From positions 1-46,637 of IMG/VR virus record IMGVR_UViG_3300048858_000103: a stretch of DNA of 46,637 nucleotides. One strand, given 5' to 3'. Shown here one piece after another: positions 33,018-43,741 of this stretch. The translations under genes and the position numbers were made by a program. This stretch comes from a virus (Duplodnaviria; Caudoviricetes). The notes under the pieces were generated by a model. The model did no database searches, was not told where the DNA came from, and was given only the letters and a program-made list of their open reading frames with translations. Positions within the stretch are counted from its first letter, which is position 1. Every line of letters begins with the position of its first letter.

Positions 33018-35804
33018 ATGACCTCTATCGCCGAGCTTGGCATACGTGTCGATTCCGCGCAGGCGGCCCAAGCTGCCACCGACCTCGACAAGCTGACCCA
33101 AGCAGGTGCAAAGGCGGAGAAGTCGGCCAGCGGGCTTGCTACCCAGACAGACAAGGCCGAAGACGCTCTCAAGGATATGCGCCAGCAAGCCCAGGCAGCA
33201 GAGAAAGCTACGGCCGGGCTTGCAGCGCAAACCCAGAAAGCTGGTGTATCCGCTGCTCAAACTGCCGCTGCCCTGCGCGGAGTACCGGCTCAGTTCACGG
33301 ACATCGTGACGAGCCTTCAGGGTGGGCAGGCACCTCTGACCGTGCTGCTCCAGCAGGGTGGCCAGCTCAAAGACATGTTCGGTGGAATTGGGCCAGCCGC
33401 ACGCGCGCTCGGGGGCTATGTGGGGGGCTTGGTTAACCCTTTTACGCTCGCTGCCGGAGCCGTTACTACCTTGGGCGTAGCCTATTACAAGGGAAGCCAG
33501 GAAGCAGACGAATACCAGAAGGCCCTGATCCTGACGGGAAACAGTGCAGGGGTGACTGCTGACAACCTAGCCTCTATGGCCCGTCAGGTCAGCGCTACGG
33601 TCGGGACTACTGGCGCTGCCGCGGCGGTTCTGGCAAAACTGGCCGGCAGCGGCAATATCGCCGCATACAGCTTCGAAGGCATAACAAAAGCAGCCCTGAC
33701 TATGCAGCAGGCGACCGGCGCGGCAATTGAAGATACCGTTGCCCAGTTTGCGGCCCTTGGAAAAGACCCGGTCGAGGCATCTATCAAGCTCGACCAGCAA
33801 TATCACTATCTGACCGCCAGCGTGCTTGAACAGGTGATGGCGCTGGAGAAGCAGGGCCAGCAAGCCGCTGCGGTCAAAGTCGCCACGGACGCCTTCGCCG
33901 ACGCGATAGAGTCACGGGGAGAGAACATCACGGCACGCCTTGGCTATATCGAGGGCGCCTGGAATAAGGTGGCCAAGGCCGCCAAATGGGCGTGGGATTC
34001 CGCCCTCGACGTAGGTCGTGACGCCACCTATGAAGAAAAGATGGCTCAGCTTGAGACGCAAGCCGAGAACGCCCGGCGACTCGGCTCAGGCTCCCGCGGT
34101 GGCGGTGGCCGGTCGCTGAAAGACATCGAAGCCGAGCAGAAATCGCTCATGCTGGCGGAGCAGGAGCGTCGCAACCGCGCCCAGGCGAACAAGGACGCCC
34201 AAGATCGCCAGAGCGCCGCAGTGCTTGGCGTGCAACTGATCAACCGCGAATCCAAGGCCGCGGAAGACAGCGTGACCAAGCTCCAGAACAAGCTGAAGGA
34301 CCTGGATAAGGCGCGCCAGGAGAACATCCAGAACAAGAGCTACACCCCTGAGCTACAGAAGCAATACGAAACTGCTGTAGCGGGCATTCAAAAGCAGATG
34401 GCCGACGCCAAGAAGAAAGCTGCCGGGCCGGCAGGCGCGCTCGATATGAGCAGCTACAACACCCAGGACAATGCCCTCAAGGCCGTGCTAAGCAGCTATA
34501 GCAACACGGAAAAAGAACTGGAAGCCGCCCAGCGCGCCGGGCTGGTGTCCCAGGCTGACTATGCCGCGCGCCGTACTGGGCTGGTAGAGCAGGAAGCCAA
34601 GGATGTGGCTGCAGCCTACCAGGCAGAAATCACAGCGCTTGAGGCGATCCGTAGCAAGAGCACCACCACTGCGAACCAACGAATTCAACTGGACCAGAAG
34701 ATCTCCGACACCCAGACCAAGGCGGCCCAGGCCCAGAAAGGCTACGAGAGCGAAATGCGCAATATCGCCACGGCTGAAACCGGCCGGCTGAAGCAGCAGG
34801 AGCAGGCGGTTCTCTCCTATACCGCTGCGCTGCAGGATAGTCTGCGCATCAATCAGCAGCAGCTGGACGCCTCGCTGGCCGGGCTTGGCATGGGCGACCA
34901 AGCTGCCGAACGCGCCCAAGAGCGGCTGCGCATCGAGCAGGACTACCAGAACAAGGCGGCCGCCCTCGCGCGCGACTTGCGCACCAAGCGTATCGACGAA
35001 GGCGAATACGACAAGGAGACCAAAGAGCTCCAGGACGCTCTGAACAAGCGTCTATCCATGCAGGAGGAGTATTACCAGAAGGTCGACCAGGCTCAACAGG
35101 ATTGGACGCTTGGGGCAAAATCGTCGGTGGCCAGCTACTTCGAGTCGGCGAACAACATGGCAGCACAGAGCCGGAACTTGTTCGACGACGCATTCAGCGG
35201 CATGGAAGACGCCGTGGTTTCGTTCGCAAAGACCGGGAAGCTGTCGTTCTCCGACTTTGCGGAGTCGGTCATATCTGACTTGCTGAGAATAGCGGTGCGT
35301 CAATCCGCCGTGGGCATCTTCAATACGGTTGCGACGGCAATAGGTGGAGGGGTTTCAGCGGGAAGCACGGCGGCAGGTTATAGCTCGTCAACCATCTCGA
35401 GCTGGCTTGCAAATGGCCACTCTGACGGTGGCTATACCGGCGACGGTGACAAATACGAACCCAAGGGCGTAGTGCATGGCGGCGAATTCGTCCTGCGCAA
35501 GGAAGTGGTCAGCCAGCCGGGCATGCGCAACTACCTGGAGGGGCTGAACGCCAAGGGCTATGCCGATGGCGGGTACGTCGCTGGCGCCGCTTCGCGCATG
35601 GCTGGTTCGTCCAGCTCCAGCGCGCCTCAGGTGCACATCAGTATCGCCAGCGACGGCAGCTCACAGGTCAGTTCCAGCACCAGCGGCCTTGAATCCTTCG
35701 GGGCTGAGATCGGCGACTTCGTGAGCCGCAAATACAAGGAGCTGGAAGCCAAGTCGCTCAGCCCGCAAGGGAACATCCGCAAGGCAATCAACGGGAGGGC
35801 CTGA
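33018..35804 (+). CDS. Tail tape measure protein (lambda H-like)
   Basis: LLQQGGQLKDMFGG, long helical body, GGYTGDG..YEPKGVVHGGEFV. Confidence 0.93.
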   Translation: MTSIAELGIRVDSAQAAQAATDLDKLTQAGAKAEKSASGLATQTDKAEDALKDMRQQAQAAEKATAGLAAQTQKAGVSAAQTAAALRGVPAQFTDIVTSLQGGQAPLTVLLQQGGQLKDMFGGIGPAARALGGYVGGLVNPFTLAAGAVTTLGVAYYKGSQEADEYQKALILTGNSAGVTADNLASMARQVSATVGTTGAAAAVLAKLAGSGNIAAYSFEGITKAALTMQQATGAAIEDTVAQFAALGKDPVEASIKLDQQYHYLTASVLEQVMALEKQGQQAAAVKVATDAFADAIESRGENITARLGYIEGAWNKVAKAAKWAWDSALDVGRDATYEEKMAQLETQAENARRLGSGSRGGGGRSLKDIEAEQKSLMLAEQERRNRAQANKDAQDRQSAAVLGVQLINRESKAAEDSVTKLQNKLKDLDKARQENIQNKSYTPELQKQYETAVAGIQKQMADAKKKAAGPAGALDMSSYNTQDNALKAVLSSYSNTEKELEAAQRAGLVSQADYAARRTGLVEQEAKDVAAAYQAEITALEAIRSKSTTTANQRIQLDQKISDTQTKAAQAQKGYESEMRNIATAETGRLKQQEQAVLSYTAALQDSLRINQQQLDASLAGLGMGDQAAERAQERLRIEQDYQNKAAALARDLRTKRIDEGEYDKETKELQDALNKRLSMQEEYYQKVDQAQQDWTLGAKSSVASYFESANNMAAQSRNLFDDAFSGMEDAVVSFAKTGKLSFSDFAESVISDLLRIAVRQSAVGIFNTVATAIGGGVSAGSTAAGYSSSTISSWLANGHSDGGYTGDGDKYEPKGVVHGGEFVLRKEVVSQPGMRNYLEGLNAKGYADGGYVAGAASRMAGSSSSSAPQVHISIASDGSSQVSSSTSGLESFGAEIGDFVSRKYKELEAKSLSPQGNIRKAINGRA

Positions 35805-36142
35805 TGGCTGACACCTTCACTTGGCGCCCCGACAAGGCGGCGCCGGGCACCTTCACGCAGCGCATCCGCTCGGCCCAGTTCGGCAACGGCTACACCCAGC
35901 GCGCCGCTGACGGCATCAACAACGAAACCCAGTCGTGGGACCTGACCTTCACGGGCAGCAAGGCGCGGATAACCGAGATCCTGACCTTCCTGCGGGTGCA
36001 GCGCGGTTACAAGGCTTTCATCTGGGTTCCGCCATTCGACGGCCCGCTGTACTTCACATGCGCCAGCTTCAAGCCGACTGATCAGGGCGGCGGGGCATGG
36101 ATGCTTACCGCCACCTTTGACCAGACGCACCAGGTGACCTGA
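35804..36142 (+). CDS. Minor tail protein M-like
   Basis: TFTW.P, AQFGNGYTQRAADGIN, GYKAFIW.PP. Confidence 0.88.
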   Translation: MADTFTWRPDKAAPGTFTQRIRSAQFGNGYTQRAADGINNETQSWDLTFTGSKARITEILTFLRVQRGYKAFIWVPPFDGPLYFTCASFKPTDQGGGAWMLTATFDQTHQVT

Positions 36143-36840
36143 TGGCCGAGAGCATTTATGAGGACATCCAGCGCCTGGAGGTAGGGCAGTACGTCGAACT
36201 CTTTGAGCTGGACCTGTCCGGCCTGGACGGGGACGTCTACCGCTTCCATGGCTATACCAAGGTGGGCCCGATCTACTGGCAGGGCCTGGAGTACTCGCCC
36301 TGGCCGATCAAGGTCGAGGGTATGGGCATGACGGGTGAGGGCCAGCAGAGCAATCCCACGCTCACCGTGGCAAACGTGACGGGCTTTATCACGGCGCTGT
36401 GTGCGACCTATCAGGATCTGGTGGATGCCGGTGTCACGCGACACCGGACATTGGGCCGTTATCTGGACGCCGCCAACTTTCCCGGCGGCAACCCGGAGGC
36501 TGACCCGACCGAACACTTCGCCGACGATATCTACACCATCGACCAGAAGCAGTCGGCCGACAGCCAGACCGTGGCCTTCGTGCTGAAGTCACCGCTGATC
36601 GCAACCGACCGCAAGCTGCCCGGCCGGCAGATCGTCGCCAACTGCTGCCAGTGGCTGACCATCGGCGGCTATCGGGGTCCGTACTGCGCCTATACCGGCA
36701 GCGTGTACGCCACCGAGGACGATGTTCTCACCGATGACCCGGCCAAGGATCAATGCTCCGGCACGCTCACCGGCTGCAAGCTGCGGTTCGGTGCCAACAA
36801 CCCGCTTCGATACGGCTCCTACCCAAGCGCCGGCTACTGA
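36142..36840 (+). CDS. Minor tail protein L-like
   Basis: LPGRQIVANCCQW..YRGPYC...DQCSGTLTGCKLRFG. Confidence 0.92.
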   Translation: MAESIYEDIQRLEVGQYVELFELDLSGLDGDVYRFHGYTKVGPIYWQGLEYSPWPIKVEGMGMTGEGQQSNPTLTVANVTGFITALCATYQDLVDAGVTRHRTLGRYLDAANFPGGNPEADPTEHFADDIYTIDQKQSADSQTVAFVLKSPLIATDRKLPGRQIVANCCQWLTIGGYRGPYCAYTGSVYATEDDVLTDDPAKDQCSGTLTGCKLRFGANNPLRYGSYPSAGY

Positions 36841-36847
36841 GGTTTCC

Positions 36848-37618
36848 ATGCGACTGTCCAAGGACACTATCCAGGCGATCTATGACGACGCCCGTTCCCG
36901 GCTGCCCAATGAGGCGTGCGGGTTCATCGTGCGCAAGGATCGGGTCAACACCTATTTGCCGACGGCCAACACCGCGGCAAACCCTGCCCAGGACTTCAGG
37001 ATAAGCGCAGAGGAGTGGGCAGAGGCAGAGGACGCCGGAAAGATCGTCGCCATCGTGCACAGCCACCCTGGCCAGTCGGCTCGCCTGAGCCATGCCGACC
37101 GCGTATCTATGGAAAGCACAGGGCTACCTTGGCTGGTCGTAGAGATCCGCGAGGGCGAGCCCACCGGACACTTGATCCACGAACCCAGCGGGTACCAGGC
37201 GCCGCTTGTAGGTCGTCCGTTCCAGCACGGCGTGCTCGACTGCTACACCCTGGTACGCGATTACTACCAGCGCGAGCTGGGTATCGCGCTGCCGAACTAT
37301 GAGCGCGAGGACGGCTGGTGGGACAAGGGGCAAGACCTGTACGCCGATAACTTCGCTGCGGCCGGCTTCAAGCCGGTCAGCGGTGACGACCTACGCCAGG
37401 GCGACCTGATCGTGATGCAAGTGCGTGCGCCCGTGGCGAACCACGCGGGCGTATACCTGGCCGATGGCATCCTCAAGACCGAACCAGGCCTGCACCCGGT
37501 GCCGGGCGGAATGCTCCACCACCTTCATGGGCGAGATTCGGTCAGGGTCCCGTTTGGGGGCTACTGGCGCGAATCCGCCCGCTACTATATGAGACACAAG
37601 GATTCCCCCCATGGCTGA
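36848..37618 (+). CDS. Tail assembly protein K-like (JAB plus NlpC/P60)
   Basis: PNEACG, VHSHP, GVLDCYTLVRDYY, NHAGVY. Confidence 0.92.
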   Translation: MRLSKDTIQAIYDDARSRLPNEACGFIVRKDRVNTYLPTANTAANPAQDFRISAEEWAEAEDAGKIVAIVHSHPGQSARLSHADRVSMESTGLPWLVVEIREGEPTGHLIHEPSGYQAPLVGRPFQHGVLDCYTLVRDYYQRELGIALPNYEREDGWWDKGQDLYADNFAAAGFKPVSGDDLRQGDLIVMQVRAPVANHAGVYLADGILKTEPGLHPVPGGMLHHLHGRDSVRVPFGGYWRESARYYMRHKDSPHG

Positions 37619-38237
37619 GCGGATCAGAACGGTTCGTCTGTACGGCAAGCTGGGCGCCCGGTTCGGCCGCGTGCACCGCCTGGCCGTAAACTCTGCGGCT
37701 GAGGCAGTACGGGCGCTGGGCGTATTGCACAAGGGGTTCGAACAATTCCTCATCGACTCCAAGGACATGGGTCTGGCCTTCGCGGTGTTCTACGGAAATC
37801 GTAACCTGGCGGCCGAGCAATTAGAGGATCCGCCTAGCCACAATGACATCCGCATTGCTCCGATCGTGCAGGGTTCCAAGAGTGGCGGGCTTCAGGTAGT
37901 ACTGGGCATTGCGCTGATTGCCATTGCCACCATTGCTACTGGCGGTATCGCAGGACTGGCATCCGCTGGCGCCTGGGGCGCGGCCATTGGCGGTACCGGC
38001 TGGGGCATCGTCGGCTCGGTCGGCCTCTCGCTGGCCCTTGGCGGCGTGGCCCAGATGATCTCGGGCACCCCGAAAGGAATCGACAGCGCCGAAAGCGCCG
38101 ACAACAAGCCCAGCTACAACTTCTCGGGCATCAAGAACACCACCACCCAAGGCAACCCGGTCCCGCTGCTGTACGGCGAGATGACCACGGGGTCCGCCTG
38201 CATATCGCTGGGCATCGTCGCCGAAGACGAGCAATAG
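37611..38237 (+). CDS. Tail assembly protein I-like
   Basis: VRLYGKLGARFGR...NTTTQGNPVPLLYG. Confidence 0.92.
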   Translation: MAERIRTVRLYGKLGARFGRVHRLAVNSAAEAVRALGVLHKGFEQFLIDSKDMGLAFAVFYGNRNLAAEQLEDPPSHNDIRIAPIVQGSKSGGLQVVLGIALIAIATIATGGIAGLASAGAWGAAIGGTGWGIVGSVGLSLALGGVAQMISGTPKGIDSAESADNKPSYNFSGIKNTTTQGNPVPLLYGEMTTGSACISLGIVAEDEQ

Positions 38238-38245
38238 GGGCACGC

Positions 38246-41200
38246 ATGAACATGATGGTCGTGAAGGGCGCCAAGGGCAGCTCAAGCACACACACGCCCG
38301 TGGAAAGCCCGGACAGCCTGGTCAACACCAGCTACGCCAACATCCTCGACGCTCTTAGCGAAGGGCCTATTGTTGGCTTGGTGAACGGCGCGCAGTCGAT
38401 CTACTTCGACGAAACCCCGCTGGCGAGCAGCGATGGCACCCTGAACTTTACCGGGGTCACCTGGGAGCAGCGTACCGGCGAGGCGGACCAGGACTATATT
38501 ACTGGCTTCCCAGCGGTGGAAACCGAGCATTCGGTTGGTGTCGAGCTGACAGCGGTACAGCCCTGGACCCAGGCAATCACCAATCGGGAGTTGTCCGCCA
38601 TCCGCCTCCAGCTAGGTGCGAGTACGCTCTACCAGCAGGAAAGTGACGGCGACACCGTAGGCTACACGGTCAACTACCAGGTCCTGCTGTCGACTGACGG
38701 CGGCGACTATGTGCCGGTAATCACCACCTCCTTCAGCGGTAAGACCACCAGCGGCTACCAGCGCTCACACCGCGTAGACCTGCCGGCGGCCGAGGATGGC
38801 TGGACAATCCGGGTGATTCGGACAACCCCGGACTCAACTAGCTCGACTATCCAGGCCAGCACCTCAGTTGTGAGCTACACCGAGGTGATAGACGCCAAGC
38901 TGCAGTATCCCTATACGGCGCTGGTAGGGCTGAAAATCGATGCCAGCCAGTTTTCATCTATCCCAGAGAGAGCGTTCCGCTTACGTGGCCGCATCATCTC
39001 GGTTCCGACCAACTACGAGCCATCGGCCCGGAGCTACAGCGGCACCTGGGACGGCACCTTCAAGCTGGCCTGGACCGACAACCCGGCGTGGATCTACCGC
39101 GATCTGATCCTCAATGACCGGTACGGCCTGGGTCGCTTCATCAGCGAATCGCAGGTGGACAAATGGGCGCTGTACCAGATCTCGCGGTACTGCGATGAGC
39201 TTGTGGACGACGGCAAGGGAGGAACCGAGCCCCGCTTCACCTGCAACCTGTACCTGCAATCACGCAACGACGCGCTCACCGTACTCCAGGACATCGCCAG
39301 CATCTTCCGGGGTATGGCCTATTACGCGAGCAGCGAGGTCACCGTATCGGCGGATATGCCGAGCGACCCGGTATACACCTACACCAATGCCAACGTGATC
39401 GATGGCAAGTTCTCCCGTGCCGGCTCGTCGGGTTCGACCCGCTACAGCGTGTGCAAGGTAAGCTGGACCGACCGTGATAACTTCGGTGAGCAGAAAGTCG
39501 AGTACGTGCAGAATCAAAAATCCGTCGCACGCTACGGCATCCGGGAAACCGAGCTGACCGCGTTCGGCTGCACGTCGCAGGGGCAGGCCCAGCGCCTTGG
39601 GCACTACACCCTGCTGACCAACCAGCTGGAAACGGACACCATCAGCTTCAGCGTGGGCCTTGATGGCGTGATCGCACGCCCGGGGCAGATCGTGCGGGTG
39701 GCGGACCATAACCATGCTGGCCGGCCCATTGGTGGGCGGATCAAGAGCGCCACGACAGGCGGGGTAGTGGTCGATGATGACCTTACCGTTACCGCGGGCG
39801 ACACCCTGGTAGTGATCCAGCCCAACGGCAAGGCCCAGACCCGCATCATCCGCGCAGTGAGTGGTCGCACCATCACCGTCACCGAGGACTTCGACGAAGC
39901 CCCCCTGGCCGAATCCATCTACGCCGTCGAGACGGCCGAGGTGGTGCCGGAGACCTATCGCATCCTGACGGTGGCCGAGAACTTCGGCGACGACAAGTTG
40001 CAGTACGACCTGGTAGCGGTGCAGCACAACGCCAGCAAGTTCGCCGCCATCGACAGCGGCGCCCAGATCGTCACGCTGCCGACCACCATCCTGCCCGGCG
40101 CCGTCCAGGCGAAGCCTGCCAATGTGGCGCTGTCGACCTTTGACGCGGTGAAGCAGGGCCTGACCGTAGCCACGATGCGCGTTACCTGGGATGCCGCCAA
40201 GGGCGCTAACAGCTACAACGTCTGGTGGAAGCGCAATTCGGGCGACTGGGTATACGCCGGAGTGACCTACACCGCCTCGATCGAGGTTTCCGGCATCTAT
40301 ACCGGTACCTATACCGCCAGGGTATCTGCCGTCGGCGTGGGCAATGCCACTTCCCTTTGGGCTTACTCCGAGCCGACCGAGCTGTACGGCAAGACCGGTG
40401 AGCCGCCGGCGCTGGCCAGCTTCTCCACCGTCTCGGAGGTGTTCGGCATCCGCCTGAACTGGGCTTTCCCCGAAGGCGCGGAGGACACACTTTATACCGA
40501 GGTGCAGGAATCGGCCGCAGCCAACGGCGACAGCCCGGCGCAGTTGGGGCTGATCTCCTATCCAGCCAAGACCTACCTGAAATCCGGCATGGCCGCCGGC
40601 GTCACCCGGTTCTTCCGGGCGCGTCTGGGCGACCGCAGCGGGAACAATGGCCCTTGGACTACCTGGGTTATGGGCCAGTCCAGTTCCGAGGCAGGGGAAA
40701 TTCTCACCTACCTGGCTGGCCAGATCGGCGAAACCGAGCTGAGCCAGGAGCTGACCGACAAAATTACCGGCATCGAGGACCAGATCGCCGCACTGGACGG
40801 ACTGGCGGCCTACAAGCCGGACGACACCTACGCCATGGGCGACATGGTGGTTAGTAATGGGCGGATCTACCAGGCCACCCAGGAGGTGCCCGCCAACACA
40901 CCACCGCCGGACGCTAACTACTGGCTCGACGTAGGTCAATCAGTGCAGGCAGCCAACGGCCTGGCTCAGCAGGTCCAGCAGAACACCGCCGCCATTACCG
41001 ACGTGGCGGCCCAGGCCGGCAGTCTCCAGGCCCTGCGCGCCGCCTACCGTGAGGACGGTGGCGAAGGCGACCTGAACGACGCGCTGAAGATGTGGGACAC
41101 CCAGGCGGCCTACTCGAAAGAGGTGGTGGTTCGGGCGAGCCAGGATCAGGCGTTGGTGCAGACCACCGAGACGTTGCAGGCCCAGGCCGGCAGCAACACG

Positions 41201-41680
41201 GCGGCTATCCAGCAGGTCGCCAGCGCTCAGGTGAGCACCGATGGCAAGCTGTCGCTCATGTGGGCCGTGAAGATGCAGTACGTCTCGGCGACAGGTCAGT
41301 ACATCGCAACTGGGGTCGGGCTGGGTATCGAGAACACCGATGCAGGACTGCAAAGCCAGTTCCTGGTGTCGGCAGACCGGTTTGCTGTGGTGGGCACCAC
41401 GGCTGGTGGCACTACCTTCACCCCGTTCGTGGTGCAGAACGGCCAGGTCTTCATCGCCCAGGCCTTCATCGGCGACGGCACGATCACCAGCGCAAAGATC
41501 GGCGACTACATCCAGTCCACGAACTACGTCGCGGGCTCCACCGGCTTTCGCATAGGGGTCAGGGACGGTACGTTCGAGATGAATGGCGTAGTGGCGGGTC
41601 AGGGGCGGACGACATTCAACAACACCTCCTTCAACGTCTTCTACCCGAATGGCGTTCAAGCTGTTTATCTGGGGCTCTGA
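38246..41680 (+). CDS. Central tail tip / host specificity protein J-like
   Basis: LSEGPI, WTDNPAW, EPRFTCN, FN3-like regions, SQFLVSADRFA C-terminal domain. Confidence 0.93.
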   Translation: MNMMVVKGAKGSSSTHTPVESPDSLVNTSYANILDALSEGPIVGLVNGAQSIYFDETPLASSDGTLNFTGVTWEQRTGEADQDYITGFPAVETEHSVGVELTAVQPWTQAITNRELSAIRLQLGASTLYQQESDGDTVGYTVNYQVLLSTDGGDYVPVITTSFSGKTTSGYQRSHRVDLPAAEDGWTIRVIRTTPDSTSSTIQASTSVVSYTEVIDAKLQYPYTALVGLKIDASQFSSIPERAFRLRGRIISVPTNYEPSARSYSGTWDGTFKLAWTDNPAWIYRDLILNDRYGLGRFISESQVDKWALYQISRYCDELVDDGKGGTEPRFTCNLYLQSRNDALTVLQDIASIFRGMAYYASSEVTVSADMPSDPVYTYTNANVIDGKFSRAGSSGSTRYSVCKVSWTDRDNFGEQKVEYVQNQKSVARYGIRETELTAFGCTSQGQAQRLGHYTLLTNQLETDTISFSVGLDGVIARPGQIVRVADHNHAGRPIGGRIKSATTGGVVVDDDLTVTAGDTLVVIQPNGKAQTRIIRAVSGRTITVTEDFDEAPLAESIYAVETAEVVPETYRILTVAENFGDDKLQYDLVAVQHNASKFAAIDSGAQIVTLPTTILPGAVQAKPANVALSTFDAVKQGLTVATMRVTWDAAKGANSYNVWWKRNSGDWVYAGVTYTASIEVSGIYTGTYTARVSAVGVGNATSLWAYSEPTELYGKTGEPPALASFSTVSEVFGIRLNWAFPEGAEDTLYTEVQESAAANGDSPAQLGLISYPAKTYLKSGMAAGVTRFFRARLGDRSGNNGPWTTWVMGQSSSEAGEILTYLAGQIGETELSQELTDKITGIEDQIAALDGLAAYKPDDTYAMGDMVVSNGRIYQATQEVPANTPPPDANYWLDVGQSVQAANGLAQQVQQNTAAITDVAAQAGSLQALRAAYREDGGEGDLNDALKMWDTQAAYSKEVVVRASQDQALVQTTETLQAQAGSNTAAIQQVASAQVSTDGKLSLMWAVKMQYVSATGQYIATGVGLGIENTDAGLQSQFLVSADRFAVVGTTAGGTTFTPFVVQNGQVFIAQAFIGDGTITSAKIGDYIQSTNYVAGSTGFRIGVRDGTFEMNGVVAGQGRTTFNNTSFNVFYPNGVQAVYLGL

Positions 41681-41681
41681 T

Positions 41682-41972
41682 ATGGCCGCGCTGACCATCA
41701 AAGACACCACTGGGCGTGTCATATTGGATATGACCTCGGCCGTCCCGAGGGAGATCGGTAGCTTTTCAACCGGCACGTCAAGTGGGAGCACTACGGTCTC
41801 CGTGCCGGCCGGAAGGCTCTGGTGGGTTCGTAGTGTGACCGCAACCACTGGCAGGAAAGGGAAGGGGCCCGCGCTTACCGTCTCAGGTAATACGTTCACA
41901 TGGGCTTTCTCATACGTGGCCGGGCTAAACGAATACCCGGTCGCTGCGACGATCTATTATGGAGTCTACTGA
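41682..41972 (+). CDS. Small tail-tip associated protein
   Basis: Beta-rich, coupled to J; ends IYYGVY. Confidence 0.7.
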   Translation: MAALTIKDTTGRVILDMTSAVPREIGSFSTGTSSGSTTVSVPAGRLWWVRSVTATTGRKGKGPALTVSGNTFTWAFSYVAGLNEYPVAATIYYGVY

Positions 41973-42835
41973 TGCCATCGCTGAGGTTAAGGGATGTAGC
42001 GGGAAACCTCCTGATTGACTCCGCGTACATAAACTACGGATTACTGGCATCTGGATACCTCGCCTATAAAGAGACCTGGTATGGAAAAACCAAGCCTGCG
42101 ATAAATAGCGACCCCAACCAGGAATCGAGCTGGCAGGAAACCACGGCGTATTCCGACCAAATCTATAGCTTTACTGCTTCAGGATGCATAGCCCCAATCG
42201 TTTTCCTGGCTGGCCAGGGATTTCTTGAAGAAACCCAGGTAGCAGGGAACACCTTTACCTGGCTGTTTTCAGCCGCCAGCCCATCGACGAAAATATTCAT
42301 CTTCGACCGAATGCGCGCGGGCGGCTCCGGCCCCGTCCTCATGATGAGGAGCGAAGCCAACGTGGTTACCTTCAATTCCCGCATGGTTCCTCTTAACATC
42401 AGAGGCGGCGTGGCGAGCCCTGCCATTGGTAACAGCCCAACCAGTGAAAGCCCTATATATGGCGTCCTGCAGCCCTATCAAGGCGGCACAACCGTCGTTG
42501 ATAGAACAAATGCGGCTGTCTTCCACGCCTTGGGATATGTAGACGTTGCCTCAGGGTTATCGGAAGAGATCGCGGTCAACATCACTTTCACACGCGGCGC
42601 CAGGTTCTACCCTGGGACTGCGGTAGCAGCCTATGGGCCTCATTCGGTAAGCGAATATGCCTGGGGGAATGGCACTTCTATCCGGTTTGCCTTCCGAAGT
42701 GTCGCTGCGAATTACCTAAACAATTTAGTATCTTCCGGGGTGGTAAGCAATCAGTGGGTCGGCGTACCTACCGTTTATCCAACTGCCAATTACATCATTA
42801 CTTCCAACCTGCCCATCCCATTCTCCTTTGGCTAA
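41972..42835 (+). CDS. Tail-tip associated / candidate receptor-binding protein
   Basis: TGATG coupling; beta-rich; visibly lower GC. Confidence 0.65.
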   Translation: MPSLRLRDVAGNLLIDSAYINYGLLASGYLAYKETWYGKTKPAINSDPNQESSWQETTAYSDQIYSFTASGCIAPIVFLAGQGFLEETQVAGNTFTWLFSAASPSTKIFIFDRMRAGGSGPVLMMRSEANVVTFNSRMVPLNIRGGVASPAIGNSPTSESPIYGVLQPYQGGTTVVDRTNAAVFHALGYVDVASGLSEEIAVNITFTRGARFYPGTAVAAYGPHSVSEYAWGNGTSIRFAFRSVAANYLNNLVSSGVVSNQWVGVPTVYPTANYIITSNLPIPFSFG

Positions 42836-42862
42836 ATAAGCCTCGTATTTAGGACTTTCAAG

Positions 42863-43741
42863 ATGCCCTGGTACCGAGCGGGAACGATTTCCTGCACCCA
42901 AAATTCAACCACAGTGACTGGCGCAGGCACTGCCTTTGCGGCAAACGCCCGGGTTGGCGATGCATTTCTTGGCAGTGACGGCCGTTGGTACGAAGTCGCC
43001 AACATTGCCAGCGACACCGTGCTGTCGATCCTGCCCGCCTACCTGGGCGCGACGGTGAGTGCCGGCACCTACGCGCTCGCGCCGATGCAGGGCTACGTGA
43101 AGGATTCAGCCGACGCGCTGCGTACGCTGGTCAACAAGTTCGGGGCGCTTGCTGCATCCGTGCCAATTAATGCGCTGGCGGCGCTGACCGGGGCGACGGG
43201 TAAATTCCCATACTTCATCGACGCGCAGACGATGGGCCTGGCTACGCTTACGGATTATGCCAAAAGCGGACAGAACAGCGACATCAAAGCGCTGACGGGG
43301 CTTACTACTCCATTAAGCGTTGCGCAGGGCGGAACTGGCGGGAATAGCCAGCCGTACACCCGAAGCAATGTGGTGGGAACTGTATCTCAGTCGGGCGGCA
43401 GTCCAACCGGAGCTATAGTCGAGCGCGGAAGCAACGCCGGTGGAGAGTACGTCAGGTTCGCCGATGGAACACAAATATGCTGGGGGTCTTCAGCGGGTGC
43501 GACAGCAAATAACTCAACAGGGGCCGGCCTTTATTTTTCGGGGCTTATCACCGTAGGGTTCCCTGCCGCCTTTTCCGCAGCCCCAGTACTTGTCGCTTCA
43601 ACTACAGCCCAAACAGGAGCTATGTCTTGGGTGGGATATCCCGCTACTTATGGGACTCTTGCAGGCTATTTATCTCTCATTTCATTCGGGTCTAATGCTA
43701 CTGCGACCTTGCAGTGGTCAGCCGTGGGAAGGTGGTTCTAA
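42863..43741 (+). CDS. Tail fibre protein
   Basis: MPWYRAGT..VTGAGTAF anchor; LSVAQGGTGG; ERGSN.GGEYVRFADGTQICW C-domain. Confidence 0.85.
   Translation: MPWYRAGTISCTQNSTTVTGAGTAFAANARVGDAFLGSDGRWYEVANIASDTVLSILPAYLGATVSAGTYALAPMQGYVKDSADALRTLVNKFGALAASVPINALAALTGATGKFPYFIDAQTMGLATLTDYAKSGQNSDIKALTGLTTPLSVAQGGTGGNSQPYTRSNVVGTVSQSGGSPTGAIVERGSNAGGEYVRFADGTQICWGSSAGATANNSTGAGLYFSGLITVGFPAAFSAAPVLVASTTAQTGAMSWVGYPATYGTLAGYLSLISFGSNATATLQWSAVGRWF

Noticed and set aside
39260-41899. Long antisense ORFs (559 aa and 319 aa) opposite gene J
   Set aside because: Shadow frames caused by GC3 codon bias of the sense gene; no motifs
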